The notes beneath the pieces were generated by a model, which was not told the DNA's origin, ran no database searches, and saw nothing but the letters and a program-made list of their open reading frames with translations. Shown in pieces: positions 33,501-43,005 of a DNA stretch of 54,321 bases. Source of the stretch: Chloropicon primus (lineage: Eukaryota); assembly GCA_023205875.1 (NCBI GenBank), contig CP060761.1, positions 806,001-860,321 of the forward strand, written 5' to 3'. Position 1 is the stretch's first letter; each line of letters opens with the position of its first letter. A program made the translations under genes and the position numbers.

Positions 33501-33879
33501 CCCCCGCTGCCTTGCTCTTGCTTTTGGTTTGGATGAGGGCCACGCCGGTGTTGGCCAGTCGGGTGACTCTCTCGAAGTTTTCTTTGGTACGAAGCGGACC
33601 TCCTATGCCTTCGCACACCTCCAGGCACGACGCCTTCACCCTCCTCGCCATGTCCACCACCACTCCCTCCCCTCCTTCCTCCTTCCTCAACAACAAACCT
33701 TCCACCTCCTCCAAACTCCAGTCCTCCCCTTCCCCCTCCACCGCCTCGGTCCTGGCCTCGGTCCTGGCCTCGGTCCTGGCCTCGGTCATGACCTCCTTGT
33801 TCTTGTCGTCACCGTCGTGGCGGTGTTGGTGGTCCTCCGCCGTCGTGGTCCTCCTCGTCGCCCTCCTCGTCACGCTCAT
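30592..33879 (-). CDS. NCAPG2: Condensin II HEAT subunit CAP-G2
   Basis: LKRMLLRC...GRKMLA..FGL, YGDILFLAW, EPLIFRALNAANAEVRRNA....ECFPL, LLMDDCVEVR, HDSCSSAVR. Start taken as MSVTRR at 33879 because the upstream ORF extension is repeat DNA. Confidence 0.88.
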   Translation of the reverse strand: MSVTRRATRRTTTAEDHQHRHDGDDKNKEVMTEARTEARTEARTEAVEGEGEDWSLEEVEGLLLRKEEGGEGVVVDMARRVKASCLEVCEGIGGPLRTKENFERVTRLANTGVALIQTKSKSKAAGERTGTSWSDEWFLDLHEAAVVMHNKVLLQQAAQVVEEEEQAEEEGVVADVSTVHSCEDAVARLCECWVLEEWGEGKGKVEDMGHALAARTLPWLLVQCLTRSTAAGGDAAESEGGSWCKRASRFAAKTLSLFDWCDESALSLKRMLLRCLFCPPFLRTAHGRKMLARCFGLDPSFSREMTAVVRNQLLAGRKSLADHYGDILFLAWRNLKEERRQEERQRESGRMALEARCLLVLEGELLPGLVSSCLHAKTPKLSDMLRRLLRSALYQKRTKLVAVEEVITKTHEPLIFRALNAANAEVRRNACCLVTECFPLTHARQQTAGGGQGGSSRQPLEEWKQLNQNLLAKQIDAMASLLMDDCVEVRGQAATSVGFVLKGHWDALPAADVKNMVNKIAELCHDSCSSAVRCKAVEALGCLLDCAHAQDAMRKVLPAVLGLRVSDSAKRVRLASLSILLDLHERVRTVLPFYEAVEVTQLLRLLASDPEEEVRGKVSRLLLSSYIPSEEEGASFVMALLQQQPEAGKGFCRHARRAGCDAGTVSRIIRELVTHLVYASEGPASNSKGKKRRSSSRRGDKEEKEQEAAALEKQVWCHVMQGISNLARSLLSEGSKDKKILVETLKALDRDHSGSVLHSLHQLAPSSGGRAAVIHLASQVPLAHCGEVANLCKELVLGQVQEMSLEVAAALRALCRWGFASDLTAMMASHLQGALARTGGTPDAKRVCRRAPASPAGIEGAEGIVNYLGCVLHAKESSKAFAGADGCEGLLELLRTIAVDALPVVETEGSGVLIKKCVFSLGKLALLHSHETGRKDVAGAVLQDLSATIGNRMDELTPSPEEGQQHHHKQHEEARAAVLGVLEGLTSLCCDAVLLEIFSTVANVDGAIQFARKVTAFALSFSSRDEGEGGEVAAAVRSIEVQMRRLAPLLLAALAVVEEDWERRGLVQECTRDVTDVKVLQEYHKVFQRLQGLCL

Positions 33880-33989
33880 GATCACCGCCTCGGCCTCGTT
33901 CGTTTTTTTTCTTTTTTCTCGTTGCCGTTGGCTGTCACTCCCTCCATTCAAAATAGAAGAGAAGAAGATATCGCAAAAGGAGGGGGAGG

Positions 33990-34320
33990 AGGAGGGGGGG
34001 AGGGAGGGGGGATGGTGGAGGGAGGGGAGAGGGGAGAAGGGATCATGGATGGATGGATGCGTCGTCTCTTGCTCTTTCCAAAGAGCCCTCACTTGGGACG
34101 AATGGTGACAGAGATCATGGTGAGGAGACAGAGGGAAGAGGGGGGGAGGAGGGGGGGAAGGAGGGGGGGAGGGAGGGGGATGGTGGAGGGAGGGGGAGAG
34201 GGGGGAGAAGGGATCATGGATGGATGGATGCGTCGTCTCTTGCTCTTTCCAAAGAGCCCTCACTTGGGACGAATGGTGACAGAGATCACGGTGAGGAGAC
34301 AGAGGGAAGAGGGGGAGGAG
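33990..34320. repeat. Intergenic tandem duplication, 2 copies, period ~171 bp
   Basis: GAGAAGGGATCATGGATGGATGGATGCGTCGTCTCTTGCTCTTTCCAAAGAGCCCTCACTTGGGACGAATGGTGACAGAGATCA occurs twice. Confidence 0.92.
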
Positions 34321-34680
34321 GAGCATGATGGGATGATGGTGGAGGAGGAGGGGAACGACGCGAGGGTTGGAGGGACGGGAGCAGCAACAAGGTTAGGGTT
34401 CTTCAGGGTTGAATGGGACACGAATGACTTCCATCGTTGCGCATGGATTAAAACCAAGGACCTTTCAAGCTCCTTCCCCTCGACATGTTTTCAGAGTCCG
34501 CTTCGCTTCGTCTTTGTGGGGTGGCCGGTGTAGCGGCCGGGGGGGGGGGGCGGCCTAATTCTGGAGCGGTTACAGTTTGGAAGGAGCGCGGGGCGACGAG
34601 GGCGAGAGACAACGCCGCTGCAAGTCGACAAGGAGAAGGAGAACCGAGCGAGCGGGACCGAGACGAGGGGAAGGAGTGAC

Positions 34681-37080
34681 ATGTCACGAGACAGACATCG
34701 CAGGAAGCAACCCTGCAAGTTCATGACTTCTGAGGACGTCAACGTGCTTCTAAGTGTCGAGCAGGGCGAGAATGGAGAGAAGAAGGGTGGCGAAGCAAGC
34801 GCGGCCGAGGCCTCCTGGAGGTTCGTCTACCGTCCCGAAATCGATGGGTTGAGGTTCTGGGCCGTCATGCCGGTCCTCTTCTACCACTACGGCGCGGTGT
34901 TCGGCTTCACGGGGGGCTACGCCGGGGTTGACGTGTTTTTTGTCATCTCCGGGTACCTCATCACCTCCATCGTGCTGAGGGAGCTGTGCATGGGGAAGTC
35001 CGTCCTGCGCCACTTCTGGGAGCGCCGGGTGCGGAGACTCTTTCCCGCCATCGCTACCATGTTCGTGTGCCTGTACATTCACGGCTGGTTCATGCTGTCC
35101 CCCAACGTGTACAACAACTTTGTTGGGGAGTCGATCTTCGGTCTCATCGCGGGCTCAAACTTTTATTACTACGTGACGACCAAGGACCTGGGAGGTTACG
35201 TGGCCGCGGGGCCCGAGGCCTACCCTTTGCTCCATTTCTGGTCCCTGGCAGTGGAGGAGCAGTTCTACATGGTCTTGCCGGTCGTGCTGACATGCGTGTG
35301 GAGGTTCTGCAAGACTGACCGCAAGCGTTGGATGTGGACTCTGGGGCTTTTGGGGTTTGTGCTCCTCGCCTCCTTTGCCTTCTCCGTAGGCTACACACCG
35401 ATCAACAACCCCTTTTGCTTCTACTTGCTCTTTGCGCGGGCCTGGGAGCTGGCCATCGGCAGCTTTGTGGGCATCGCGACGTCGGACGTGGGAATGACTA
35501 CCATGAGCAGAGTTCTGGGTCTCCACCTGGGCAAACGTGTCTCCCCTCTTGCCAAGCGCTTGATGCTGGAGGCGACGGGCTGGCTTGGCTTTGGGTTGAT
35601 CCTCTTTGTGTACTTTTACTTCACCAGGGAAATGGAGTACACATATCCTTACTACTACGCCTTGGGGCCTTGCGTTGGTGCGTTAATGGTGATTGTTGGG
35701 AACACCCCAGTCTTCAAGCCCTCCAAGGACCTCAGCGGTGACAGTGGTGACGGGGAACAGAGGATCATGACCACGTGCGGGTTGTTCTTGTCCTTTGCCC
35801 CTTTTGTTTGGATTGGGAAGATCTCTTACGCCCTCTATCTTTGGCACTGGCCACTCTGGTGCTTTCAGGGGGGAGTCCGCTTGAGTCAAAATAACGTGGT
35901 CTCTGCACTGGTGCTGACCATGGTAGCCATCGGACTTTCTGCTGTAAGTACTCAGTTGATTGAGCAGCCCTTTCGTTCCGCGAAACGGGTCGGTAGGAAG
36001 CCCTTGTGGATTCTCTCTGGCATCGTGTGGACTGCTTTGCTCAGTTTCAGCATTGCAGTGCATGTGCTAGAGGTCGGGGGATCCAACAAGACGATTGCGG
36101 CGCCCCAAGTGGAGGACGGGATGGACAGCAGCAGCACTGTTTTTGTGCCCACTGGAAGTGAACCCCAATCCTTCTTTTTGGAAGATGCGAATCCCGAGCT
36201 CTTCTCCGTGGAAGGAATAGAGAAAAGCTCTACCTTGAGTAGGAAGTACAGGGAGGAGCTGACGATGCTTATGGGTGACGACCCCCCTGATGAAAAATGC
36301 GAAGTTATCAGCGACAAGAGCCCTGCCTTTGATGAGTGCCCTGGTGCAGAGGACATGATCGTGTACAACGAGGCGGGGGACCCTCCTTGTCTGGCATTTT
36401 TGGGAAACTCTCACCTGGGACATCATATACTCACCATTGCTTCTTTGGCCAAGGAATATGACGTCTCTTACCTATGGCTTAAGAGATCCGGGCGAGGGGA
36501 CCGTTTTGGTGGTTGTGAATCGACACCTGATCCGCCAACGCCTTGGGATGAGCAGAGAATCAGAATCCTGAAGCAATGGAAGCCCAAAAGGGTGATTTTC
36601 GCAACCCATCGTCCCTATTGTTTACTGGCAAACAATAGCACCTTGGATGGCTTGATGAGTGGCGCCCCCGAGAAGGTCTTGATCATGGGAGACAATCCAC
36701 ACCTTGATTATGGATCTTTTCCTTTCAAAATCAGACAAAAGTTGCAGAAAGAGCTTTTGAATGCCATCAAGAATGGGGATGTATCAAGCCTTGACTTTCT
36801 CTCTACCATAAAGCCCAAGAAGTTTGATGATTTTCTTCGTACTGAGGACGGACTGAGGAAAGCAATAGAAAGCAACCCAAAGTACAATGGCACAATCCAG
36901 TTTGAAAGCACATACCCTGCATTCATGGACCAGAACAACGCCTTTGTGCAGGTTGTTGGTGCGGAAACGGAAGGTGGCAACCGCATGACATACGCCGACT
37001 TATCACACTTGAGCGCTGACGGATCGGAACGTTTAAGGGAGTACTTCAGAGAGCACATCTTCGGGGACCTCGATTGCTGA
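34681..37080 (+). CDS. Acyltransferase-3 + SGNH O-acyltransferase (OafA/OatA-like), copy 1
   Basis: YRPEIDGLR, GVDVFFVISGYLIT, FWERRVRRLFPA, HFWSLAVEEQFY, GKISYALYLWHWP, IEQPFR. SGNH motifs LGNSH and YADLSH. Confidence 0.92.
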   Translation: MSRDRHRRKQPCKFMTSEDVNVLLSVEQGENGEKKGGEASAAEASWRFVYRPEIDGLRFWAVMPVLFYHYGAVFGFTGGYAGVDVFFVISGYLITSIVLRELCMGKSVLRHFWERRVRRLFPAIATMFVCLYIHGWFMLSPNVYNNFVGESIFGLIAGSNFYYYVTTKDLGGYVAAGPEAYPLLHFWSLAVEEQFYMVLPVVLTCVWRFCKTDRKRWMWTLGLLGFVLLASFAFSVGYTPINNPFCFYLLFARAWELAIGSFVGIATSDVGMTTMSRVLGLHLGKRVSPLAKRLMLEATGWLGFGLILFVYFYFTREMEYTYPYYYALGPCVGALMVIVGNTPVFKPSKDLSGDSGDGEQRIMTTCGLFLSFAPFVWIGKISYALYLWHWPLWCFQGGVRLSQNNVVSALVLTMVAIGLSAVSTQLIEQPFRSAKRVGRKPLWILSGIVWTALLSFSIAVHVLEVGGSNKTIAAPQVEDGMDSSSTVFVPTGSEPQSFFLEDANPELFSVEGIEKSSTLSRKYREELTMLMGDDPPDEKCEVISDKSPAFDECPGAEDMIVYNEAGDPPCLAFLGNSHLGHHILTIASLAKEYDVSYLWLKRSGRGDRFGGCESTPDPPTPWDEQRIRILKQWKPKRVIFATHRPYCLLANNSTLDGLMSGAPEKVLIMGDNPHLDYGSFPFKIRQKLQKELLNAIKNGDVSSLDFLSTIKPKKFDDFLRTEDGLRKAIESNPKYNGTIQFESTYPAFMDQNNAFVQVVGAETEGGNRMTYADLSHLSADGSERLREYFREHIFGDLDC

Positions 37081-37468
37081 GAGAAAGGCTATTGGAATGG
37101 GACACGAATGACTCTCATCGTTGCACGCGGATTAAAATCAGTTATTGTAAACCAAGGACCTTTGAAGCTCCTTCCCCTCGATCTTTCTTCTCCTGGTATG
37201 ATCGGCCCCGACTGCCCCTCGAAATGTTTTCAGAGTCCGCTTCGCTTCGTCTTTGTGGGGCGGCCCGTGGGGCGGCCGGTGGGGCGGCCGGTGTAGCGGC
37301 CGGTGGGGCGGCCGGTGTAGCGGCCGGTGGGGGGGGGGCGGCCTAATTCTGGAGCGGTTACAGTTTGGAAGGAGCGCGGGGCGACGAGGGCGAGAGACAA
37401 CGCCGCTGCAAGTCGACAAGGAGAAGGAGAACCGAGCGAGCGGGACCGAGACGAGGGGAAGGAGTGAC

Positions 37469-39877
37469 ATGTCACGGGACAGACATCGCAGGAAGCAACC
37501 CTGCAAGTTCATGACTTCTGAGGACGTCAACGTGCTTCTAAGTGTCGAGCAGGGCGAGAATGGAGAGAAGAATGGTGGCGAAGCAAGCGCGGCCGAGGCC
37601 TCCTGGAGGTTCGTCTACCGTCCCGAAATCGATGGGTTGAGGTTCTGGGCCGTCATGCCGGTCCTCTTCTACCACTACGGCGCGGTGTTCGGCTTCACGG
37701 GGGGCTACGCCGGGGTTGACGTGTTTTTTGTCATCTCCGGGTACCTCATCACCTCCATCGTGCTGAGGGAGCTGTGCATGGGGAAGTCCGTCCTGCGCCA
37801 CTTCTGGGAGCGCCGGGTGCGGAGACTCTTTCCCGCCATCGCTACCATGTTCGTGTGCCTGTACATCTACGGCTGGTTCATGCTGTCCCCCAACGTGTAC
37901 AACAACTTTGTTGGGGAGTCGATCTTCGGTCTCATCGCGGGCTCAAACTTTTATTACTACGTGACGACCAAGGACCTGGGAGGTTACGTGGCCGCGGGGC
38001 CCGAGGCCTACCCTTTGCTCCATTTCTGGTCCCTGGCAGTGGAGGAGCAGTTCTACATGGTCTTGCCGGTCGTGCTGACATGCGTGTGGAGGTTCTGCAA
38101 GACTGACCGCAAGCGTTGGATGTGGACTCTGGGGCTTTTGGGGTTTGTGCTCCTCGCCTCCTTTGCCTTCTCCGTAGGCTACACACCGATCAACAACCCC
38201 TTTTGCTTCTACTTGCTCTTTGCGCGGGCCTGGGAGCTGGCCATCGGCAGCTTTGTGGGCATCGCGACGTCGGACGTGGGAATGACTACCATGAGCAGAG
38301 TTCTGGGTCTCCACCTGGGCAAACGTGTCTCCCCTCTTGCCAAGCGCTTGATGCTGGAGGCGACGGGCTGGCTTGGCTTTGGGTTGATCCTCTTTGTGTA
38401 CTTTTACTTCACCAGGGAAATGGAGTACACATATCCTTACTACTACGCCTTGGGGCCTTGCGTTGGTGCGTTAATGGTGATTGTTGGGAACACCCCAGTC
38501 TTCAAGCCCTCCAAGGACCTCAGCGGTGACAGTGGTGACGGGGAACAGAGGATCATGACCACGTGCGGGTTGTTCTTGTCCTTTGCCCCTTTTGTTTGGA
38601 TTGGGAAGATCTCTTACGCCCTCTATCTTTGGCACTGGCCACTCTGGTGCTTTCAGGGGGGAGTCCGCTTGAGTCAAAATAACGTGGTCTCTGCACTGGT
38701 GCTGACCATGGTAGCCATCGGACTTTCTGCTGTAAGTACTCAGTTGATTGAGCAGCCCTTTCGTTCCGCGAAACGGGTCGGTAGGAAGCCCTTGTGGATT
38801 CTCTCTGGCATCGTGTGGACTGCTTTGCTCAGTTTCAGCATTGCAGTGCATGTGCTAGAGGTCGGGGGATCCAACAAGACGATTGCGGCGCCCCAAGTGG
38901 AGGACGGGATGGACAGCAGCAGCACTGTTTTTGTGCCCACTGGAAGTGAACCCCAATCCTTCTTTTTGGAAGATGCGAATCCCGAGCTCTTCTCCGTAGA
39001 AGGAATAGAGAAAAGCTCTACCTTGAGTAGGAAGTACAGGGAGGAGGTGACGATGCTTATGGGTGACGACCCCCCTGATGGAAAATGCAAAGTTATCAGC
39101 GACAAGAGCCCTGCCTTTGATGAGTGCCCTGGTGCAGAGGACATGATCGTGTACAACGAGGCGGGGGACCCTCCTTGTCTGGCATTTTTGGGAAACTCTC
39201 ACATGTGGCATCATATACTCACCATTGCTTCTTTGGCCAAGGAATATGACGTCTCTTACCTATGGCTTACGAGAACCGGGCGAGGGGACCGTTTTGGTGG
39301 TTGTGAATCGACACCTGATCCGCCAACGCCTTGGGATGAGCAGAGAATCAGAATCCTGAAGCAATGGAAGCCCAAAAGGGTGATTTTCGCAACCCATCGT
39401 CCCTATTGTTTACTGGCAAACAATAGCACCTTGGATGGCTTGATGAGTGGCGCCCCCGAGAAGGTCTTGATCATGGGAGACAATCCACACCTTGATTCTG
39501 GATCTTTTCCTTTCGAAATCAGACGCGGTTTTGGTGTGTTGCAGAAAGAGCTTTTGAATGCCATCAAGGTTGGGGATGTATCAAGCCTTGACTTTCTATC
39601 CACCATAAAGCCCGAGCGCTTTGATTTTTTTCTTCGTACTGAGGACCGACTGAGGAAAGCAATAGAAAGCAACCCAAAGTACAATGGCACAATCCAGTTT
39701 GAAAGCACATACCCTGCATTCATGGACCAGAACAACACCTTTGTGCAGGTTGTTGGTGCGGAAACGGAAGGTGGCAACCGTATGTTATACGTTGACGGAG
39801 GACACGTGAACCGTGACGGATCGGAACGTTTAAGGGAGTACTTCAGAGAGCACATCTTCGGGGACCTCGATTGCTGA
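37469..39877 (+). CDS. AT3+SGNH O-acyltransferase, copy 2 (YVDGGH-type C-terminus)
   Basis: As copy 1, with GNSHMWHH and YVDGGHVNRDG. Confidence 0.92.
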   Translation: MSRDRHRRKQPCKFMTSEDVNVLLSVEQGENGEKNGGEASAAEASWRFVYRPEIDGLRFWAVMPVLFYHYGAVFGFTGGYAGVDVFFVISGYLITSIVLRELCMGKSVLRHFWERRVRRLFPAIATMFVCLYIYGWFMLSPNVYNNFVGESIFGLIAGSNFYYYVTTKDLGGYVAAGPEAYPLLHFWSLAVEEQFYMVLPVVLTCVWRFCKTDRKRWMWTLGLLGFVLLASFAFSVGYTPINNPFCFYLLFARAWELAIGSFVGIATSDVGMTTMSRVLGLHLGKRVSPLAKRLMLEATGWLGFGLILFVYFYFTREMEYTYPYYYALGPCVGALMVIVGNTPVFKPSKDLSGDSGDGEQRIMTTCGLFLSFAPFVWIGKISYALYLWHWPLWCFQGGVRLSQNNVVSALVLTMVAIGLSAVSTQLIEQPFRSAKRVGRKPLWILSGIVWTALLSFSIAVHVLEVGGSNKTIAAPQVEDGMDSSSTVFVPTGSEPQSFFLEDANPELFSVEGIEKSSTLSRKYREEVTMLMGDDPPDGKCKVISDKSPAFDECPGAEDMIVYNEAGDPPCLAFLGNSHMWHHILTIASLAKEYDVSYLWLTRTGRGDRFGGCESTPDPPTPWDEQRIRILKQWKPKRVIFATHRPYCLLANNSTLDGLMSGAPEKVLIMGDNPHLDSGSFPFEIRRGFGVLQKELLNAIKVGDVSSLDFLSTIKPERFDFFLRTEDRLRKAIESNPKYNGTIQFESTYPAFMDQNNTFVQVVGAETEGGNRMLYVDGGHVNRDGSERLREYFREHIFGDLDC

Positions 39878-40241
39878 GAGAAAGGCTATTGGAATGGGAC
39901 ACGAATGACTTCCATCGTTGCGCATGGATTAAAACCAGTTATTGTAAACGAAGGACCTTTGAAGCTCCTTCCCCTCGATCTTTCTTCTCCTGGTACGATC
40001 GGCCCCGACTGCCCCTCGAAATGTTTTCAGAGTCCGCTTCGCTTCGTCTTTGTGGGGCGGGCTGTGGGGCGCCCCGTGGGGCGGCCGGTGGGGCGGCCGG
40101 TGGGGGGGGGGCGGCCTAATTCTGGAGCGGTTACAGTTTGGAAGGAGCGCGGGGCGACGAGGGCGAGAGACAACGCCGCTGCAAGTCGACAAGGAGAAGG
40201 AGAACCGAGCGAGCGGGACCGAGACGAGGGGAAGGAGTGAC

Positions 40242-42641
40242 ATGTCACGAGACAGACATCGCAGGAAGCAACCCTGCAAGTTCATGACTTCTGAGGACGT
40301 CAACGTGCTTCTAAGTGTCGAGCAGGGCGAGAATGGAGAGAAGAAGGGTGGCGAAGCAAGCGCGGCCGAGGCCTCCTGGAGGTTCGTCTACCGTCCCGAA
40401 ATCGATGGGTTGAGGTTCTGGGCCGTCATGCCGGTCCTCTTCTACCACTACGGCGCGGTGTTCGGCTTCACGGGAGGCTACGCCGGGGTTGACGTGTTCT
40501 TTGTCATCTCCGGGTACCTCATCACCTCCATCGTGCTGAGGGAGCTGTGCATGGGGAAGTCCGTCCTGCGCCACTTCTGGGAGCGCCGGGTGCGGAGACT
40601 CTTTCCCGCCATCGCTACCATGTTCGTGTGCCTGTACATCTACGGCTGGTTCATGCTGTCCCCCAACGTGTACAACAACTTTGTTGGGGAGTCGATCTTC
40701 GGTCTCATCGCGGGCTCAAACTTTTATTACTACGTGACGACCAAGGACCTGGGAGGTTACATGGCCGCGGGGCCCGAGGCCTACCCTTTGCTCCATTTCT
40801 GGTCCCTGGCAGTGGAGGAGCAGTTCTACATGGTCTTGCCGGTCGTGCTGACATGCGTGTGGAGGTTCTGCAAGACTGACCGCAAGCGTTGGATGTGGAC
40901 TCTGGGGTTTTTGGGGTTTGTGCTCCTCGCCTCCTTTGCCTTCTCCGTAGGCTACACACCGATCAACAACCCCTTTTGCTTCTACTTGCTCTTTGCGCGG
41001 GCCTGGGAGCTGGCCATCGGCAGCTTTGTGGGCATCGCGACGTCGGACGTGGGAATGGCTACCATGAGCAGAGTTCTGGGTCTCCACCTGGGCAAACGTG
41101 TCTCCCCTCTTGCCAAGCGCTTGATGCTGGAGGCGACGGGCTGGCTTGGCTTTGGGTTGATCCTCTTTGTGTACTTTTACTTCACCAGGGAAATGGAGTA
41201 CACATATCCTTACTACTACGCCTTGGGGCCTTGCGTTGGTGCGTTAATGGTGATTGTTGGGAACACCCCAGTCTTCAAGCCCTCCAAGGACCTCAGCGGT
41301 GACAGTGGTGACGGGGAACAGAGGATCATGACCACGTGCGGGTTGTTCTTGTCCTTTGCCCCTTTTGTTTGGATTGGGAAGATCTCTTACGCCCTCTATC
41401 TTTGGCACTGGCCACTCTGGTGCTTTCAGGGGGGAGTCCGCTTGAGTCAAAATAACGTGGTCTCTGCACTGGTGCTGACCATGGTAGCCATCGGACTTTC
41501 TGCTGTAAGTACTCAGTTGATTGAGCAGCCCTTTCGTTCCGCGAAACGGGTCGGTAGGAAGCCCTTGTGGATTCTCTCTGGCATCGTGTGGACTGCTTTG
41601 CTCAGTTTCAGCATTGCAGTGCATGTGCTAGAGGTCGGGGGATCCAACAAGACGATTGCGGTGCCCCAAGTGGAGGACGGGATGGACAGCAGCAGCACTG
41701 TTTTTGTGCCCACTGGAAGTGAACCCCAATCCTTCTTTTTGGAAGATGCGAATCCCGAGCTCTTCTCCGTGGAAGGAATAGAGAAAAGCTCTACCTTGAG
41801 TAGGAGGTACAGGGAGGAGCTGAAGATGCTTATGGGTGACGAACCCCCTGATGGAGAATGCAAATCTATCAACGACAAGAGCCCTGCCTTTGATGAGTGC
41901 CCTGGTGCAGAGGACATGATCGTGTACAACGAGGCGGGGGACCCTCCTTGTCTGGCATTTTTGGGAAACTCTCACCTGGGACATCATATACTCACCATTG
42001 CTTCTTTGGCCAAGGAATATGACGTCTCTTACCTATGGCTTAAGAGACCCGGGCGAGGGGACCGTTTTGGTGGTTGTGAATCGACACCTGATCCGCCAAC
42101 GCCTTGGGATGAGCAGAGAATCAGAATCCTGAAGCAATGGAAGCCCAAAAGGGTGATTTTCGCAACCCATCGTCCCTATTGTTTACTGGCAAACAATAGC
42201 ACCTTGGATGGCTTGATGAGTGGCGCCCCCGAGAAGGTCTTGATCATGGGAGACAATCCACTTCTTGATTATGGATCTTTTCCTTTCAAAATCAGACAAA
42301 AGTTGCAGAAAGAGCTTTTGAATGCCATCAAGGTTGGGGATGTATCAAGCCTTGACTTTCTCTCTACCATAAAGCCCAAGAAATTTGATGATTTTCTTCG
42401 TACTGAGGACGGACTGAGGAAAGCAATAGAAAGCAACCCAAAGTACAATGGCACAATCCAGTTTGAAAGCACATACCCTGCATTCATGGACCAGAACAAC
42501 GCCTTTGTGCAGGTTGTTGGTGCGGAAACGGAAGGTGGCAACCGCATGACATACGCCGACTTATCACACTTGAGCGCTGACGGATCGGAACGTTTAAGGG
42601 AGTACTTCAGAGAGCACATCTTCGGGGACCTCGATTGCTGA
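40242..42641 (+). CDS. AT3+SGNH O-acyltransferase, copy 3
   Basis: As copy 1; intact ORF. Confidence 0.92.
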   Translation: MSRDRHRRKQPCKFMTSEDVNVLLSVEQGENGEKKGGEASAAEASWRFVYRPEIDGLRFWAVMPVLFYHYGAVFGFTGGYAGVDVFFVISGYLITSIVLRELCMGKSVLRHFWERRVRRLFPAIATMFVCLYIYGWFMLSPNVYNNFVGESIFGLIAGSNFYYYVTTKDLGGYMAAGPEAYPLLHFWSLAVEEQFYMVLPVVLTCVWRFCKTDRKRWMWTLGFLGFVLLASFAFSVGYTPINNPFCFYLLFARAWELAIGSFVGIATSDVGMATMSRVLGLHLGKRVSPLAKRLMLEATGWLGFGLILFVYFYFTREMEYTYPYYYALGPCVGALMVIVGNTPVFKPSKDLSGDSGDGEQRIMTTCGLFLSFAPFVWIGKISYALYLWHWPLWCFQGGVRLSQNNVVSALVLTMVAIGLSAVSTQLIEQPFRSAKRVGRKPLWILSGIVWTALLSFSIAVHVLEVGGSNKTIAVPQVEDGMDSSSTVFVPTGSEPQSFFLEDANPELFSVEGIEKSSTLSRRYREELKMLMGDEPPDGECKSINDKSPAFDECPGAEDMIVYNEAGDPPCLAFLGNSHLGHHILTIASLAKEYDVSYLWLKRPGRGDRFGGCESTPDPPTPWDEQRIRILKQWKPKRVIFATHRPYCLLANNSTLDGLMSGAPEKVLIMGDNPLLDYGSFPFKIRQKLQKELLNAIKVGDVSSLDFLSTIKPKKFDDFLRTEDGLRKAIESNPKYNGTIQFESTYPAFMDQNNAFVQVVGAETEGGNRMTYADLSHLSADGSERLREYFREHIFGDLDC

Positions 42642-43005
42642 GAGAAAGGCTATTGGAATGGGACACGAATGACTCTCATCGTTGCGCATGGATTAAAATC
42701 AGTTATTGTAAACCAAGGACCTTTGAAGCTCCTTCCCCTCGATCTTTCTTCTCCTGGTATGATCGGCCCCGACTGCCCCTCGAAATGTTTTCAGAGTCCG
42801 CTTCGCTTCGTCTTTGTGGGGCGGCCCGTGGGGCGGCCGGTGGGGCGGCCGGTGGGGCGGCCGGTGGGGGGGGGGCGGCCTAATTCTGGAGCGGTTACAG
42901 TTTGGAAGGAGCGCGGGGCGACGAGGGCGAGAGACAACGCCGCTGCAAGTCGACAAGGAGAAGGAGAACCGAGCGAGCGGGACCGAGACGAGGGGAAGGA
43001 GTGAC

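Noticed and set aside
33880..34326. 149-aa N-terminal extension of the CAP-G2 ORF
   Set aside because: It is a translation of the 171-bp intergenic duplication and has a non-ATG start.
31597..34533. Long + strand ORF opposite CAP-G2 (likewise 11370-13592, 13703-15916, 24018-25346, 25979-27301)
   Set aside because: Antisense frames stay open because of codon bias. They are L/V/G/H-rich and show no recognisable domains.
37253..37468. WGGR-repeat N-terminal extensions of the acyltransferase ORFs
   Set aside because: These start at GTG/TTG-type codons and simply translate the 12-bp minisatellite. The first ATG is downstream.
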